Shown: positions 1-11,450 of the stretch, piece by piece
How the letters are laid out: every line of letters begins with the position of its first letter
How positions within the stretch are numbered: the stretch's first letter is position 1
Assembly: GCA_051362555.1 (NCBI GenBank)
Contig: CM120642.1
Location: 7,812,001 to 7,876,000, forward strand
From: Lingula anatina
Taxonomy: Eukaryota > Animalia > Brachiopoda
Length of the DNA stretch: 64,000 bases
Direction of reading: 5' to 3'
Translations under genes and position numbers: made by a program
Notes under the pieces: model-generated
What the model was told of the DNA's origin: nothing
Database searches by the model: none
Seen by the model: only the letters and a program-made list of their open reading frames with translations

Positions 1-104
1 ATTATTATTCCGCATTGTTGGATCAGTGTTGGAAAAAGACATACACGTACATACATATCTATTTCTGTTTGATTATTCACCTAATAATTTTTCTAATGCG
101 ACCC

Positions 105-142
<38 letters not shown>

Positions 143-1443
143 AAGAGTATATTGCAGCCGAAACAATCAAATTTATAAAAGTATTCCTGTACTTTCTGCT
201 TTCAGCATTTGAATGCTCATTGTTTGGTTCTCTCAGCATTGCCCTTTTCAGCACTGCGTTTTAATGGCATTTTACAAATGTGATGAGATCTGAAACATGA
301 TGCTCACGACACCCATTTGCATTGCCTCATGTACTTTTTTTTAACAACGAACCCGATTTTACCATTTTATCATTTATTTATTTCATTGTTATCGAACATT
401 TCTGATATGTGAAACGAGGTGCTAAAATGACGAAAACAGAGATCTGCTATCCACCAACTACATTTTAAACCGGCTGCAAGAAGAGGTCTGAAACTGGTCG
501 TTGGCTATCGTTTTTTGAGAGAATAAATGCTCATCAAAATCTTAATCACGCATGCATTTTTACTTGTTAAAACACAAATGAGCACATCGATGTTATACAT
601 AAATAGATGACCATATATTTACAGGTTGGACATCACGACTGTCTGTTATGACGTATGCTACATAAAGTTTCAAAATATCGTAACCCGCGATAGTAGCCCT
701 GACTTCATTGTGATAGATGCGACAGGTAAAATAGCGCACTCGCCTCTCAAAAATACAATTTCATAATTTTCGGTAACAGTCGTACGCTTTAACCATAAAG
801 TTCTTGGAGCGGGAATCATATATCTTGCAGGTTAGCCATTTACAAGATGAAGACATAAGGCATGCTGTATTTAGATACGGATGCCGTAGGTTGCACAGTA
901 GTGGGCGCACAGGTGGCTCACAGTTTTATAGGTAAAGTTCAGATTCGGTCGTCCAAAGGACGAACAAGGGACGCAGAAGCATTTACACTGGGACACGATT
1001 TAATTGCTTTGGCGACCATTGATTGGCCTGACCACAATTTTGATCGTAGATGGGACACTGAAAGAACGCCTTCCAGTGAAAAGGGGGCTTAAAGGAATTT
1101 GTTCTACGTACACGGTGTGATCTAATTAAGAGTGTGATAAATGTTGAATCAATTCATTGCAATCTACACATTCCTAACTACAAGTGTGTGCGTGTATTGA
1201 ATCAAGTGCGATACACGCATAATAACTTGCATACACATGTGCTAAGCGAAACTGGTATTCCAGTAATTTCTCCTTTTCGACAAAATTCGACGTGAGCTAG
1301 TTAAATGTTAGTATTTCTAACCATGTGACATTTTACCAAGCGTGTACCTTTACTGAAGAAGGTATCATCAAAGCGTTACCAGGCAACTGCGTTGCGTCTC
1401 TAGTGAACCAAGTGCTAATAACGTCTTCCAAACCAAGCGCGGG

Positions 1444-4241
1444 TTAATTGTACACAATCCAGTCAGCTGTGTTACCGAATCCTGTGGCAGCGTGTATTTC
1501 CGTCACCTCATTAAATTGTTCCTTGTCCCACCGGATGCTTCTTTGCCATCCGGGGACACTGCCTCTTCCAATTACAATAGTGGACGCCGTTGTATTCCAT
1601 TTCAACCAGAAGGAATAATATTTCTTAGAACTTATGAGGTCTCGAAATTGAAATGAACTAATATGTGTGTCGTTGTCATTGATTCCCGGGATTTTTAATA
1701 TCATGGCTGGACTGGTGATGTTCAAATCGACGGCATACTGGCAACAGGTAATGACGAACGCGAAAACACTTTTTACACGTTCTTTTACTATGATGTTTAC
1801 TTCATCGCCTGAAAATGAACACAGAATTGGATGAAATAAATATAAATCATGATCAGATATTCAACAACAAAATTACAACGAAGTCACGATGAAAACTTTT
1901 TTCGTTCTTCGTACCTTTTACGTCAAAACGAACGCGGTCCCGCCTCGAGAGATCAGATATGGGGAACCTGACAGAATAAGTGATGTTATCCGGTGTGGAA
2001 AAGTTGAAGGAAGATCTAGTAACACCTGGAAACAAAAAAGCATTATCAAAACGTTTGAATCCACAAAGAAGGTGTAGGAAAATCAAAGCAGGAAAAGCAC
2101 TTCGTAAAGGTTTTAAAACCACCAGTTTTCTTACCACACGACACGAGGCCAGCAGTTTTTTTATGTTGACACTTATTAAAGAAAATATCAAAACAACGCT
2201 TGTGAACAAACAAAGTTGGAATGTTTAAAAGTAGTCTGTCTGAAACCGACCGGAATTAGGACCAAAGATACATACGCTCATTTCATTTATTATTAACCGA
2301 AGTGGAATGCGGTACTTAAGAACCAGACGTGGTCCAAGCTGTGATAAATGCCATTGGAGGTTACCAGCACATTACTTACCAATTTTTATTTTGCTTGATT
2401 TACTCCCAAATTCTGCAAAGAAATATATTTAGAAAAAATGAAGATGCCACAAATTATAATTATGGGACGACGTTTTTTATTTTTAAACTACATCTTTATA
2501 TATATTAATGATTTGCGGGCATCTAGTGGCGATGAAAACGAGACAAAACATAAAATCATCATTTCTTGCGTTTTGATAAACCATTTTTGACTCACCTGAC
2601 ACCACAATTGCAGTTATTCCGCCAACAATTAAAAGAAGTGCCAAAGCTGCCATTATCTTCATTTTTGCAGTAAATATAGCGGGCGGTTCTCTAATGTCAC
2701 TATCCTGTCCACGCGGGTCTTAAAAACAAAACAATCATGTCAGAACATAAGCCAATATAGGTACTTAGCCAGTTGTCAACCATTACCGCCAGCAAGCAGC
2801 ACAGGTAATGCCACATTTTTTGTTTTGACCACAGTACTTTAAAATGGCCAAATATGCACACATTAGCATGGTCCCTGTATTCAATGACAGACCACCATCT
2901 CAGTCCTCGAGTAGAGTGCTGATTCACTTGAGTGATTTCAGACAATGGCTTACTTTCGATTTTCCGACATTTCGTCTGAACACAAATTGGGACAAAATTC
3001 TTGCAGAAATCATTTTATCAACAATCAAAGAATTAAGAAGGATGCACACAGCTCCACATTCGAGGTCTCGTAGGGTTCATCAGGAGGAGGGTACTAGCCT
3101 GTATTGCAGCCAGGGGAGGGCACACATGCTACTAAACAATAAGCTACCATTTATGCAACATTATTGTAAGCAAAAGCATATAAAACCCATACAGATAAAA
3201 AACATGCGTTTTTTTTGCCCAATAAAAATATTACACCAACACTATATACAGACTTGACATTTAATATGGAATATTTCAGTTTCGAAGGTATGCCTAGGTA
3301 AAAATGTTTTCTTTTTTCCAAAAAAAATCAGATCTCACATAAGATACGAGAATGGAGAAGTGTGTTGTCAGGTGTGTCGCTACCAATTAACAGACTACCT
3401 TGCCTGATGCACTGCTGCATTGTGTTATATGCAGTGATTTTATTGGGTAGTGCTTTTTTGGGCTGGTCAAAGCTTGGCTTTGGCGAAGCATGGTTCTGTC
3501 AAAAAAGTATCCATATGTCGGCAACTACTGCATAGAAAAAATTGAAATTTTGCATGCGAGCGGCAGTTTTGCAGTTCGTAAAATGAATTAAGCAGTGTTT
3601 TACAAAATAGTATATCTGTGCCAGAATGGCGCGAAAAAGACAAGCATTGCCAGACAGATTATTGTGTCACACGGAATGGTGGCCCGCACAGTTTTATAGA
3701 GTTAGGCCCAGATTGATGTACGTACACAAAGGCCACGTCCAATGTATCTAAATATTACCGCCAGGGTACAGGACTCACTGTCCTTTCGGTAGAAGACTGA
3801 TACTGTGTGGCTTACTTTATTGAGGTAAGATTTCACCTGTACCGCTCAACAAGTCAATACAGAGTTTACAGACATCCTGGGGAAGCCTACGATGAAGCGT
3901 GTGCTGCGTTTTAAGTGACTAGGGTCATTGACAATGTCGACATCTGGAGTGGATACCACATTGTATGTATGTATGTATGTATGTATGTAGTAATTAGGGA
4001 TAATAATGGCCTATATTTGTACGTTGAAGCCTTTTGTCGGTTGGCAGGACGAGGTATCGCTTTGCCTTCCATACGATTGCTTGTTCTATGTGTCTGTGAT
4101 CAAATAAGAAAGTATGTTCTTACCATTTTCATTGAAATCACCGGCAATGGTGTCATTTACATCGTGGCAAAGTTTGTCATTACAGAAATCTTCCGTCACA
4201 TAAATATTCTCAACGGCACGGGTACTACTAGATGCATTCAT
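1444..4241 (-). CDS. Family gene G1: predicted type II membrane protein (~249 aa) with Methyltransf_FA-like ectodomain; exons 4241-4124, 2718-2596, 2412-2380, 2025-1915, 1808-1444
   Basis: All introns are GT-AG and phase 1, and the exons total 750 nt of open frame. Translation: MNASSSTRAVENIYVTEDFCNDKLCHDVNDTIAGDFNEN|DPRGQDSDIREPPAIFTAKMKIMAALALLLIVGGITAIVVS|EFGSKSSKIKI|GVTRSSFNFSTPDNITYSVRFPISDLSRRDRVRFDVK|GDEVNIIVK...ITCC...FWLKWN...IVIGRG...ATGFGNTADWIVYN. The FWxxW..IxIGRG..TGFG...W pattern resembles Methyltransf_FA (PF12248). The same exon structure occurs in three paralogs. Confidence 0.85.
2835..3035 (+). repeat. Dispersed repeat (probable Tc1-derived 5' fragment) in G1 intron 1
   Basis: Aligns by eye with ~18930-19120 (CCAAATATGC...CTGTATTCARTGACAGAYCACCATCT...AGACAATGGCT...ACAAATTGG). 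Confidence 0.6.
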
Positions 4242-5268
4242 CTTTGATATGGTTCAAAATCTTAATGTCAATTTCAAATCCAACTTGGACAGCAAACCAC
4301 GACAAAATAGTAACCCAATCTGTCTATCTATCTATCATATAAAAATTGTCACAGACAACTTCAGAAATACTCTTGCACTCCTAGTCACATCAAAATATTT
4401 GACAAAAATGATACAGTACCAGTATTTGTCGTACAAAGGTTAAGATACTGTATATCACTAAGATTGACATTCGATCAGATAAAATCCTTTCTGGCCAAAG
4501 TGTTATTTACATTTGTATATTTAACCTGTCCATGATATGTCATTTTTGTGAACCGCATTCCTCCACATTTGTCATGGTCATTGTTGTCCCTTTATATTGT
4601 GACAGCTGAATTAAATGCATTCAGCGTCACGTTTCACATCCGAAACATGAGGCTTACTACATAAAATTGCACTACCCCTTGTAACTGTTTTTAAAACGAA
4701 ACTGATTTTTCCAGCGTCATGCGTGAACCATTCAAATATGGCATTGTTCTCGAACATACTTGATATTTGATACGAGGCACTTAAATGATGAGAACACGCC
4801 ATCATATTTGCCTGTCATTAACGCAATGTCTTAATCGACTACAACAAAGAATTTTAAAATTGACTGTGTATATGATTTGCAGTGTTTTGAATTAAAAGGG
4901 CATTTTTGCAAGATTAAAAATGCTGACCGAAAACTAAATTAGGTTAGCGCACACACAGAGTTTAACCCTACAATGCATCAATAGAAGAAGCATATTAAGA
5001 ATATAATGGATTACGACAAAATTTCATATGTATGGAATGTTTATTGAGAACTATGTTAGATCGAGACTTTTTCAATCTGACTGCGCAATCTTGTTTGTGT
5101 ATATATGACAGCAGGTATTATGCACTCGCCTCTCAATACAATTCCAAAATTTCTGTTAAGCTGTGATCTCTACCTTTAGAACGAGAATCAATTTTTGCAA
5201 TCTTTGCATTTGGAAAATGTCGATAATGAAGACATAAAACATGGTTGCTCTTAGATACTGATGAAAAG

Positions 5269-5308
<40 letters not shown>

Positions 5309-5680
5309 TTTCAGTTTCTCAATTTTAATTGTTGTTCATTAGTAAAACAATATCTATCCAATTTCAAGGTAAAAATACTAATAATTGATTATCTTCAGTC
5401 TTGACAAAGGTAACGATAAACGGAATAGATATCAAATAAGGCAAAAAGTCTAAAAGTTGCATTATGTAGGTTAAAACAATCCTCTTTGGAAAACATTGCT
5501 GAAAAATTGTAGCTTTCAGACTCTCAAATAATTTTGCCTTTCATACATTGCAATTAACTAAATAAACTTAAAATAATCACTTGAACGAAAAAAATTGTGT
5601 CATAATAACACGAATAATTGCAGGTGGATGTTTAACACTGAAGGGAATAACACATGCACGCCGTGGGCCTGACAAATATA

Positions 5681-6122
5681 CAGCATTGGTCAAAAAGGTT
5701 GTCCCACCCCCATTTCCATGTACTTTTATTTACAAATGATCACCTTACAGCTGTAAATTGTTAGAAATAGTGCCTTTTATTACGGATACCGTGTCTAACA
5801 TGATTAATGGTTTAAAAAATACAAAATAGTGGTGAAAATATACATATTTTATACCATTTAGTAAAATTTATAAGAGGTACCCCCTCAAATCGACTGTTTC
5901 ACTGTGACTTCTACAGATGTAAAGAAATGTCTATAAAATTTAAAAGACGCCATCAAATGTCACCAAATTCACACACAATTAGCATTAGGGTGTGCTCGTT
6001 AAAGATCACGTGCCTAGCAGCGTGTGCGTCTACCGCTGCAGTACGCGTACAGCTGTGAGGTGATCATTTGTAAATAAAAGTACATGGAAATGTGGGTGGG
6101 ACAACCTTTTTGACCAATGTTG
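5681..6122. mobile_element. Tc1/mariner-type MITE (~440 bp)
   Basis: Near-perfect terminal inverted repeats of ~75 bp (CAGCATTGGTCAAAAAGGTTGTCCCACCC... and ...GGGTGGGACAACCTTTTTGACCAATGTTG), flanked by TA on both sides, with no ORF. Confidence 0.9.
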
Positions 6123-6404
6123 TAAGTTTTCGTGTTATTGATTCAGTGTGATATACTATAGTACCTGGCAAAATAGTTTTGTGCATGCTCTCGGGCCCAA
6201 GTGTGATCTTGAACAGTGTTTGGTTAATGCTTACCACAGGGCACCTGAGACTGGTATTTTTATTTTTTGTTCACAACAAAAAATGGACACATAAAAACAA
6301 CGCATGAATAAAGCCGTCAAACTGCTCTTAAACAAAAACTATGATATATTCTGTTGGAAATTACAAGCACATGATGGATCTGCAATATCGTTCGTATCAC
6401 TTAC

Positions 6405-7340
6405 CAGTTTTTACTTTGCTAGCTTTACTACCCACTGCTGTAAGGAATTAGCGAATCAAAACATCGTACGTTAAACAACAACACTTTCTTTTAAACTAAC
6501 TAGAAAAGCACTCCGAGAGCGCAGACCTCCGTCAAGGCAGCAATTTTTTATTATTATTGATTATTGATTATTGATTGATTATTGATACAGATCACCACCA
6601 AATCATCATCTGTTCCTTGGCCCACTTTTGACAGTTCCTGAAAATTTCATCAATATCGGTCCATAACTTTTTGAGTTATGTTGATGACAGACAGACAAAC
6701 AAACAAACAAACAAACAGGGGTGAAAAAATAACCTCCTTGGCGGAGGTAAATATACATTTTAATAATTTGGCGACTCCTAGCGGTGATGCCAACAAGTCA
6801 ATTTGATTGCCTTTCACGAAAACTTTTCCAGCAGACTTTTACTCTATGCAAATGTACTTTTATAATTTCATACCGAGTCATCCCTCTTCTTGTGTTTTGA
6901 CAAACTATTCTTAGACTCACCTGACAACACAATTGCAGTTATTCCGGCAATAATTAAAAGAAGTGCCATTATTTTCAGTTTTGTAGTGGGTAAACTAATC
7001 TCACTATCTTGTGCGCTAGGGTGGGTAAATTGTCCGACTAGAGATATAAGCACTAAACTAAGGCATTACATGTATATGGTGTTTTCCATTACGGTGATAT
7101 GATTTTTCCTTTATTATCCCTGTCAAGAGAAAGTTGGCTTAGTAATGTTAAAGTCAGCAAAAAGAATATGACATTCGTATGAACAGTATGCATTCTTTAT
7201 GCATTAATGTGTTTGCGTGCGTATGTTTGTATGCTTAACTTACCGTTTTCCTTGACATCCTCAGAAATACTGTCATATATATCGTCCCAACGTTGATTAT
7301 AAACATTTTCTACGACATAAACACTTGCAAGTGCACTCAT
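6405..7340 (-). CDS. Family copy G2: tail, TM and stalk exons only (7340-7244, 7037-6921, 6437-6405); ectodomain exons absent. Either a truncated paralog or an alternative 5' cassette
   Basis: Translation MSALASVYVVENVYNQRWDDIYDSISEDVKEN|VGQFTHPSAQDSEISLPTTKLKIMALLLIIAGITAIVLS|AVGSKASKVKT, with intact GT-AG sites and phase 1 junctions. I found no counterpart of exons 4-5 between 6400 and 4300. Sequence at ~6130-6160 and ~5100-5260 instead resembles the 3' flank of G1 (~1190-1220 and ~720-880). Confidence 0.7.
6497..6750 (+). mobile_element. Short non-autonomous element, Helentron/HINE-like, copy 1
   Basis: Starts AACTAGAAAAGCACTCCGAGAGCGCAGACCTCCGTCAAGG, has internal ACAG/ACAA microsatellites and ends in the hairpin ACCTCCTTGGCGGAGGT, which is also an inverted match to the 5' subterminal motif. 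A second copy lies at 12815. Confidence 0.7.
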
Positions 7341-8491
7341 ATTTTGACATGTAGAGATAAGATCCAAAATGTTCCTACAAATTAAAACCCAGCTGGAATG
7401 GCGGGCCAGCTCAAAGTAATGAAACGACTAATGCATGAAGGCTACAATGGACTGTGAAACATGAAGCTGAACAGATCAATGCACCACTTGCCCTCCATTT
7501 TAACCATATATGGTATTTGTTTCTTTTAAATGCGATTTACGCATCATTCATACATTTGCCGCTCCAAATGACTGTCTGTTGTGATAGCCGTGATTGGTGA
7601 TATCAACGTCATGTTTCAGATCACACTGTATAAAAGTACTGGCATTTGAAACGTTTAAATCCCGGCATCAAATTACATTGCCTCCTGTTATTTTTTACGG
7701 CGACACTGGTTTATCCAGAATCATGCTTGCATTATTCTATTTGACTCACCTCATTCTATTTGACATTGTTTTCGAACTCACTTGGTTTTTAAGGGGAACT
7801 ATAATAATGAAAACACGCCAATAACATGACTTCTTATCAATGTTCATTCTAGAGCGACTACCAGATGTTTCATAGAATGAATTTGACATAGATTTTAATG
7901 AAAAAATTCTGATCGATCTGTGGAAATGAACTGGTCAACCCTGTATGCATATTTTGGATGGATGTATAGAATGCAGAAAAAAACAGTGGTAGAATGTTTT
8001 CTCAAAATATTTTTAATCACACAGATCTACATATTCAACAGTGTCTGTGTAATTTTTAAGAAGTCTATTGCAATATGCACGTTCCGAAAAATGAGTCTAT
8101 GGAATCAAGCCTGATGCAAGCGGAAATGCTAATGTTGGACATGCTAATGTTAAGACAAAAGTTGCATCCAGCAGAAACAATGTTCGAAATTTGGCCTAGG
8201 ACTGCATTTATTAGAACGCCCCACTCATGAAATTGGAGTTTGAAGTTAGGTTACATGTAGCAATAAATTGTAGCAAATAAAAATGTACTTTTTTTTATTC
8301 ATCATGATATAGAAACAAATTGACGCCGGTCGAGTATCAGGAATTCCAACATACATGTAGTAATTCAAGTGCTGTGTGGAATTTTACAGTGCCTGTACCT
8401 TTATTAAGGAAAGGGCCATCAAAATGTTACTGGGCAACTGTGACGCGTTCTGAATGAACCAATTACTCATGTCCTCCAAACAAAGTGTGGT

Positions 8492-10324
8492 TTAGTTGTA
8501 CACAATCCAGTCAGCTGTGTGACCGAATCCTGTGGCAGCGTGTATTTCCGTCACCTCATTTAAGTGTCCCGTTGTCCACCGGATGCTCGATTGCCATCCG
8601 GGGACAGTACCTCTTCCAATTACTATAGTGGATGTCGATGTATTCCATTTTAACCAGAAGGGATAATATGTTTTTGAGCTTATGAGATCGCGTTTGAAAT
8701 ATGCATTAGTAAGTACGGCGTTGTCATTCATGCTCGGAATTCTTAATACCACGGCGGGAGTGGTGATATTCAAATTGCGAAAATGCTCACAGCAGGTAAT
8801 GACGAATGTGAAAGCACTTTTTCCACGCTGTTTGATTATGATGCAAACTTCCTCGCCTGAAAATCAGAGATTTGAGTGAAATAAAAGTAAATTATAAAAC
8901 ATATCAGACTATTTTAAATACGAAGAGAGCCAAAAAAACTTTTTTATTCAAATTTCGTACCTCTTACGTCAAAACGAACACGGTCCCGTCTGGCGAGATC
9001 AGATATGGGGAACTTGACGGAATAATTAATGTTATCCGGAGTGGAAAATTTGAACAAAGATCTCGTAACACCTGGAAACAAAAGAGTGCATCAAAAAAGA
9101 TAATCAAAACATTGAAGTCAACAAGAAGGCTTAGATATTCAAACACAGAAAATCCACATAATACAAAGGAGTATTTCAACCACTGGTATACGTACCACAG
9201 AGCAGTCTTGATTGAACTTTTATCCTTTAATTTGAAAAAAAAAAGGATGTAGCAAATGAGCATATGTGAAGAAACAGACACAGACTCCTCTTAAATCTGC
9301 ATCTGTAATAAATGCCGTCGGAAGTAACCCACCCTAGAGATATTGTTTGTGTTGTAGGCAAAAACGTTTTTGTTACTTACCAACTCGGCTTGATTTACCA
9401 ACTTCTGAAATAAATGAATTTTGATAATTCAAGATGCTGTACGAAATAGGGCAACGCAACTTTTTCTGAAACTGCACATGCACGAAAATAGATTCAGTGA
9501 CACCTAGCGCCAGTGACAATGAAGTACTATAAATAATTTCCTTCTAAAAAAACTTTGTCCAAAAATTCTTACATATAAATTTATTGTTTTCTTAAGCCAT
9601 ACTTAAATCTATTTCTTTTTGTGTTATGAAAAACTATTTTTAACTCACCTGACACCACAATTGCAATTAATCCGCCAACAATTAAAAGAAGTGCCAAGGC
9701 TGCCATTATTTTCAGTTTTGTAGTAAATAGAGCAGGAGGTTCTCTAATCTCACTATCCTGTCCACGTGGGTCTTAAAAACACAAACGTTCATATCAGAAC
9801 AAACGCCAGTGCAGTTACATGGGGATGTGCCGCAGCACAGGTAATGTGGAAAGTTATGTTAATTTGCCTGTCAAGCTGTCTGCAATTTCACTATACCGTC
9901 TTTCCCCTCGAATCTGTTTTTTTAATCTCGGTCTACATGAAACAATGATCGTTGTATTGCTTCAAGTTTTAAAATTGTCAGTATTCGTGTTTTAAATGAA
10001 CCATGCTTCACAAAAAAATGACAATTTAAACACCTTTGTGTCCACAAGCAACTGTTGTATACCTGACGGATATGCAAAAAGGGGAGTCTCTTTTTTCACG
10101 TTTTGAAGATAACTTAAAGGTACCAAACAAAAATAAACACTACAAGATGAAGGAAGTAAAATCAGCAGAAATCAAACAACAGTATGTATGTATGTATGTA
10201 TGCGAAACATACCATTTTCCTTGAAATCACCAGGAATAGTGTCATCGTACCGTTGTTGGTCATTACAGAAATCTTGCGTCACATAAACATTTTCCACAGC
10301 ACGAACACGTTGAGGAGCACTCAT
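8492..10324 (-). CDS. Family gene G3: predicted type II membrane protein (~244 aa) with Methyltransf_FA-like ectodomain; exons 10324-10213, 9771-9649, 9404-9381, 9071-8961, 8856-8492
   Basis: GT-AG phase 1 junctions, 735 nt open frame: MSAPQRVRAVENVYVTQDFCNDQQRYDDTIPGDFKEN|DPRGQDSEIREPPALFTTKLKIMAALALLLIVGGLIAIVVS|EVGKSSRV|GVTRSLFKFSTPDNINYSVKFP...|...ATGFGHTADWIVYN. Exon 4 and 5 lengths (111 and 365 nt) are identical to G1. Confidence 0.85.
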
Positions 10325-11450
10325 CTTTGGTATGAAAATATGTAGTTTGAAATATCTCTCCAATTTTAAAGCCAGCTTGGACAGTGAGTCACATAAAAAG
10401 ACGAAACAACAAACAAGTGTTTTAACGATGTGGGAATGCGACAATGGTTTCTGAAATGTGAGACTGAATGAATCAAATGATGGCTTGTAGCTCATCATAT
10501 TTTAAACGCAATGTGCACATAATTCATATTTTCCACCATTCTCTAAGCTTAAACCACTGCATGCTTTGATCGCTTTCGTGTCAAAATGTCGCTTACTTCT
10601 TTGTTTCCTGAGTGGGGTAACTGTGTATGGTGACATCAACATCATGTTTCACATCGCATTATATAAATTGTATGGCCTTTGAAACTTGTTTTGGTCCCTG
10701 TATTAAACTGCTTCGCCTAGTATAGTGTTTTAAATCGAATCTGATTCACCTGGAATCGTGCTTGTGTCATTCTTATTTGACATTGTTCTCGGGCTCGCTT
10801 GATATTTGGAACTAAAATGATGAAATCACGCAAAACAAACAAAAAAATGAACATGCTTCTCATCAGTGCCCGCTCTAAATCGACTATAAGTTGGGTGAAT
10901 TTGAAATCTAGCGTTGGCATGGTTTGAAGTTTATTAGGGAAAATTTCAGTAGGCCATCATTTGTCATATTAATATTAATACAAAATGGTTCAACAACTGC
11001 CAGTGAGATATATATATATATATATATATATTATTATATATTATTATATATATATTATCCACTGTAAAATAAAGTTTGTTCTTAGCGTTTTCCATATCCT
11101 GATTACCTTATGACATATATCTAGTGAGTAACAAGTGTGAATTCTTGGTTATTTTGTCACAGGGATACATGGGTTCAGCTTGCAGGGAGATACATTACAC
11201 TTTATCCGACAATACACGTGCACACAATACCACACACACACAAACACACACACACACACACACACATTGCTATTAGATTTTAATAGGTCATTTTAGTAGT
11301 TATGAATTGAAGTAAGAAGATTAGTTTAACTCTCGGGGAATTTTTCCATGATATTTTATTCAAAATTTGCCAATTTTCAAAAAAGATCCAAGTGAGGTAT
11401 GTTTATTACATAATTGTGACATAATGTCCACACAATTAATGTACTAAGCT

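Noticed and set aside
1444-1808. Calling these genes farnesoic acid O-methyltransferase enzymes
   Set aside because: No SAM-binding glycine motif is visible, and the domain is predicted to be extracellular and glycosylated. The domain name does not imply the activity.
2596-2662. Reading the family as simple secreted proteins starting at MKIMAAL
   Set aside because: Each copy has a good splice acceptor 56-68 nt upstream of that ATG and a homologous in-frame upstream exon with its own ATG, so the type II model is better supported. The secreted form is kept only as a possible isoform.
11140-11210. Possible extra terminal exon (LNPCIPVTK-stop) for the cysteine-rich gene
   Set aside because: The acceptor is weak and I found no convincing phase-compatible donor, so it cannot be supported without cDNA.
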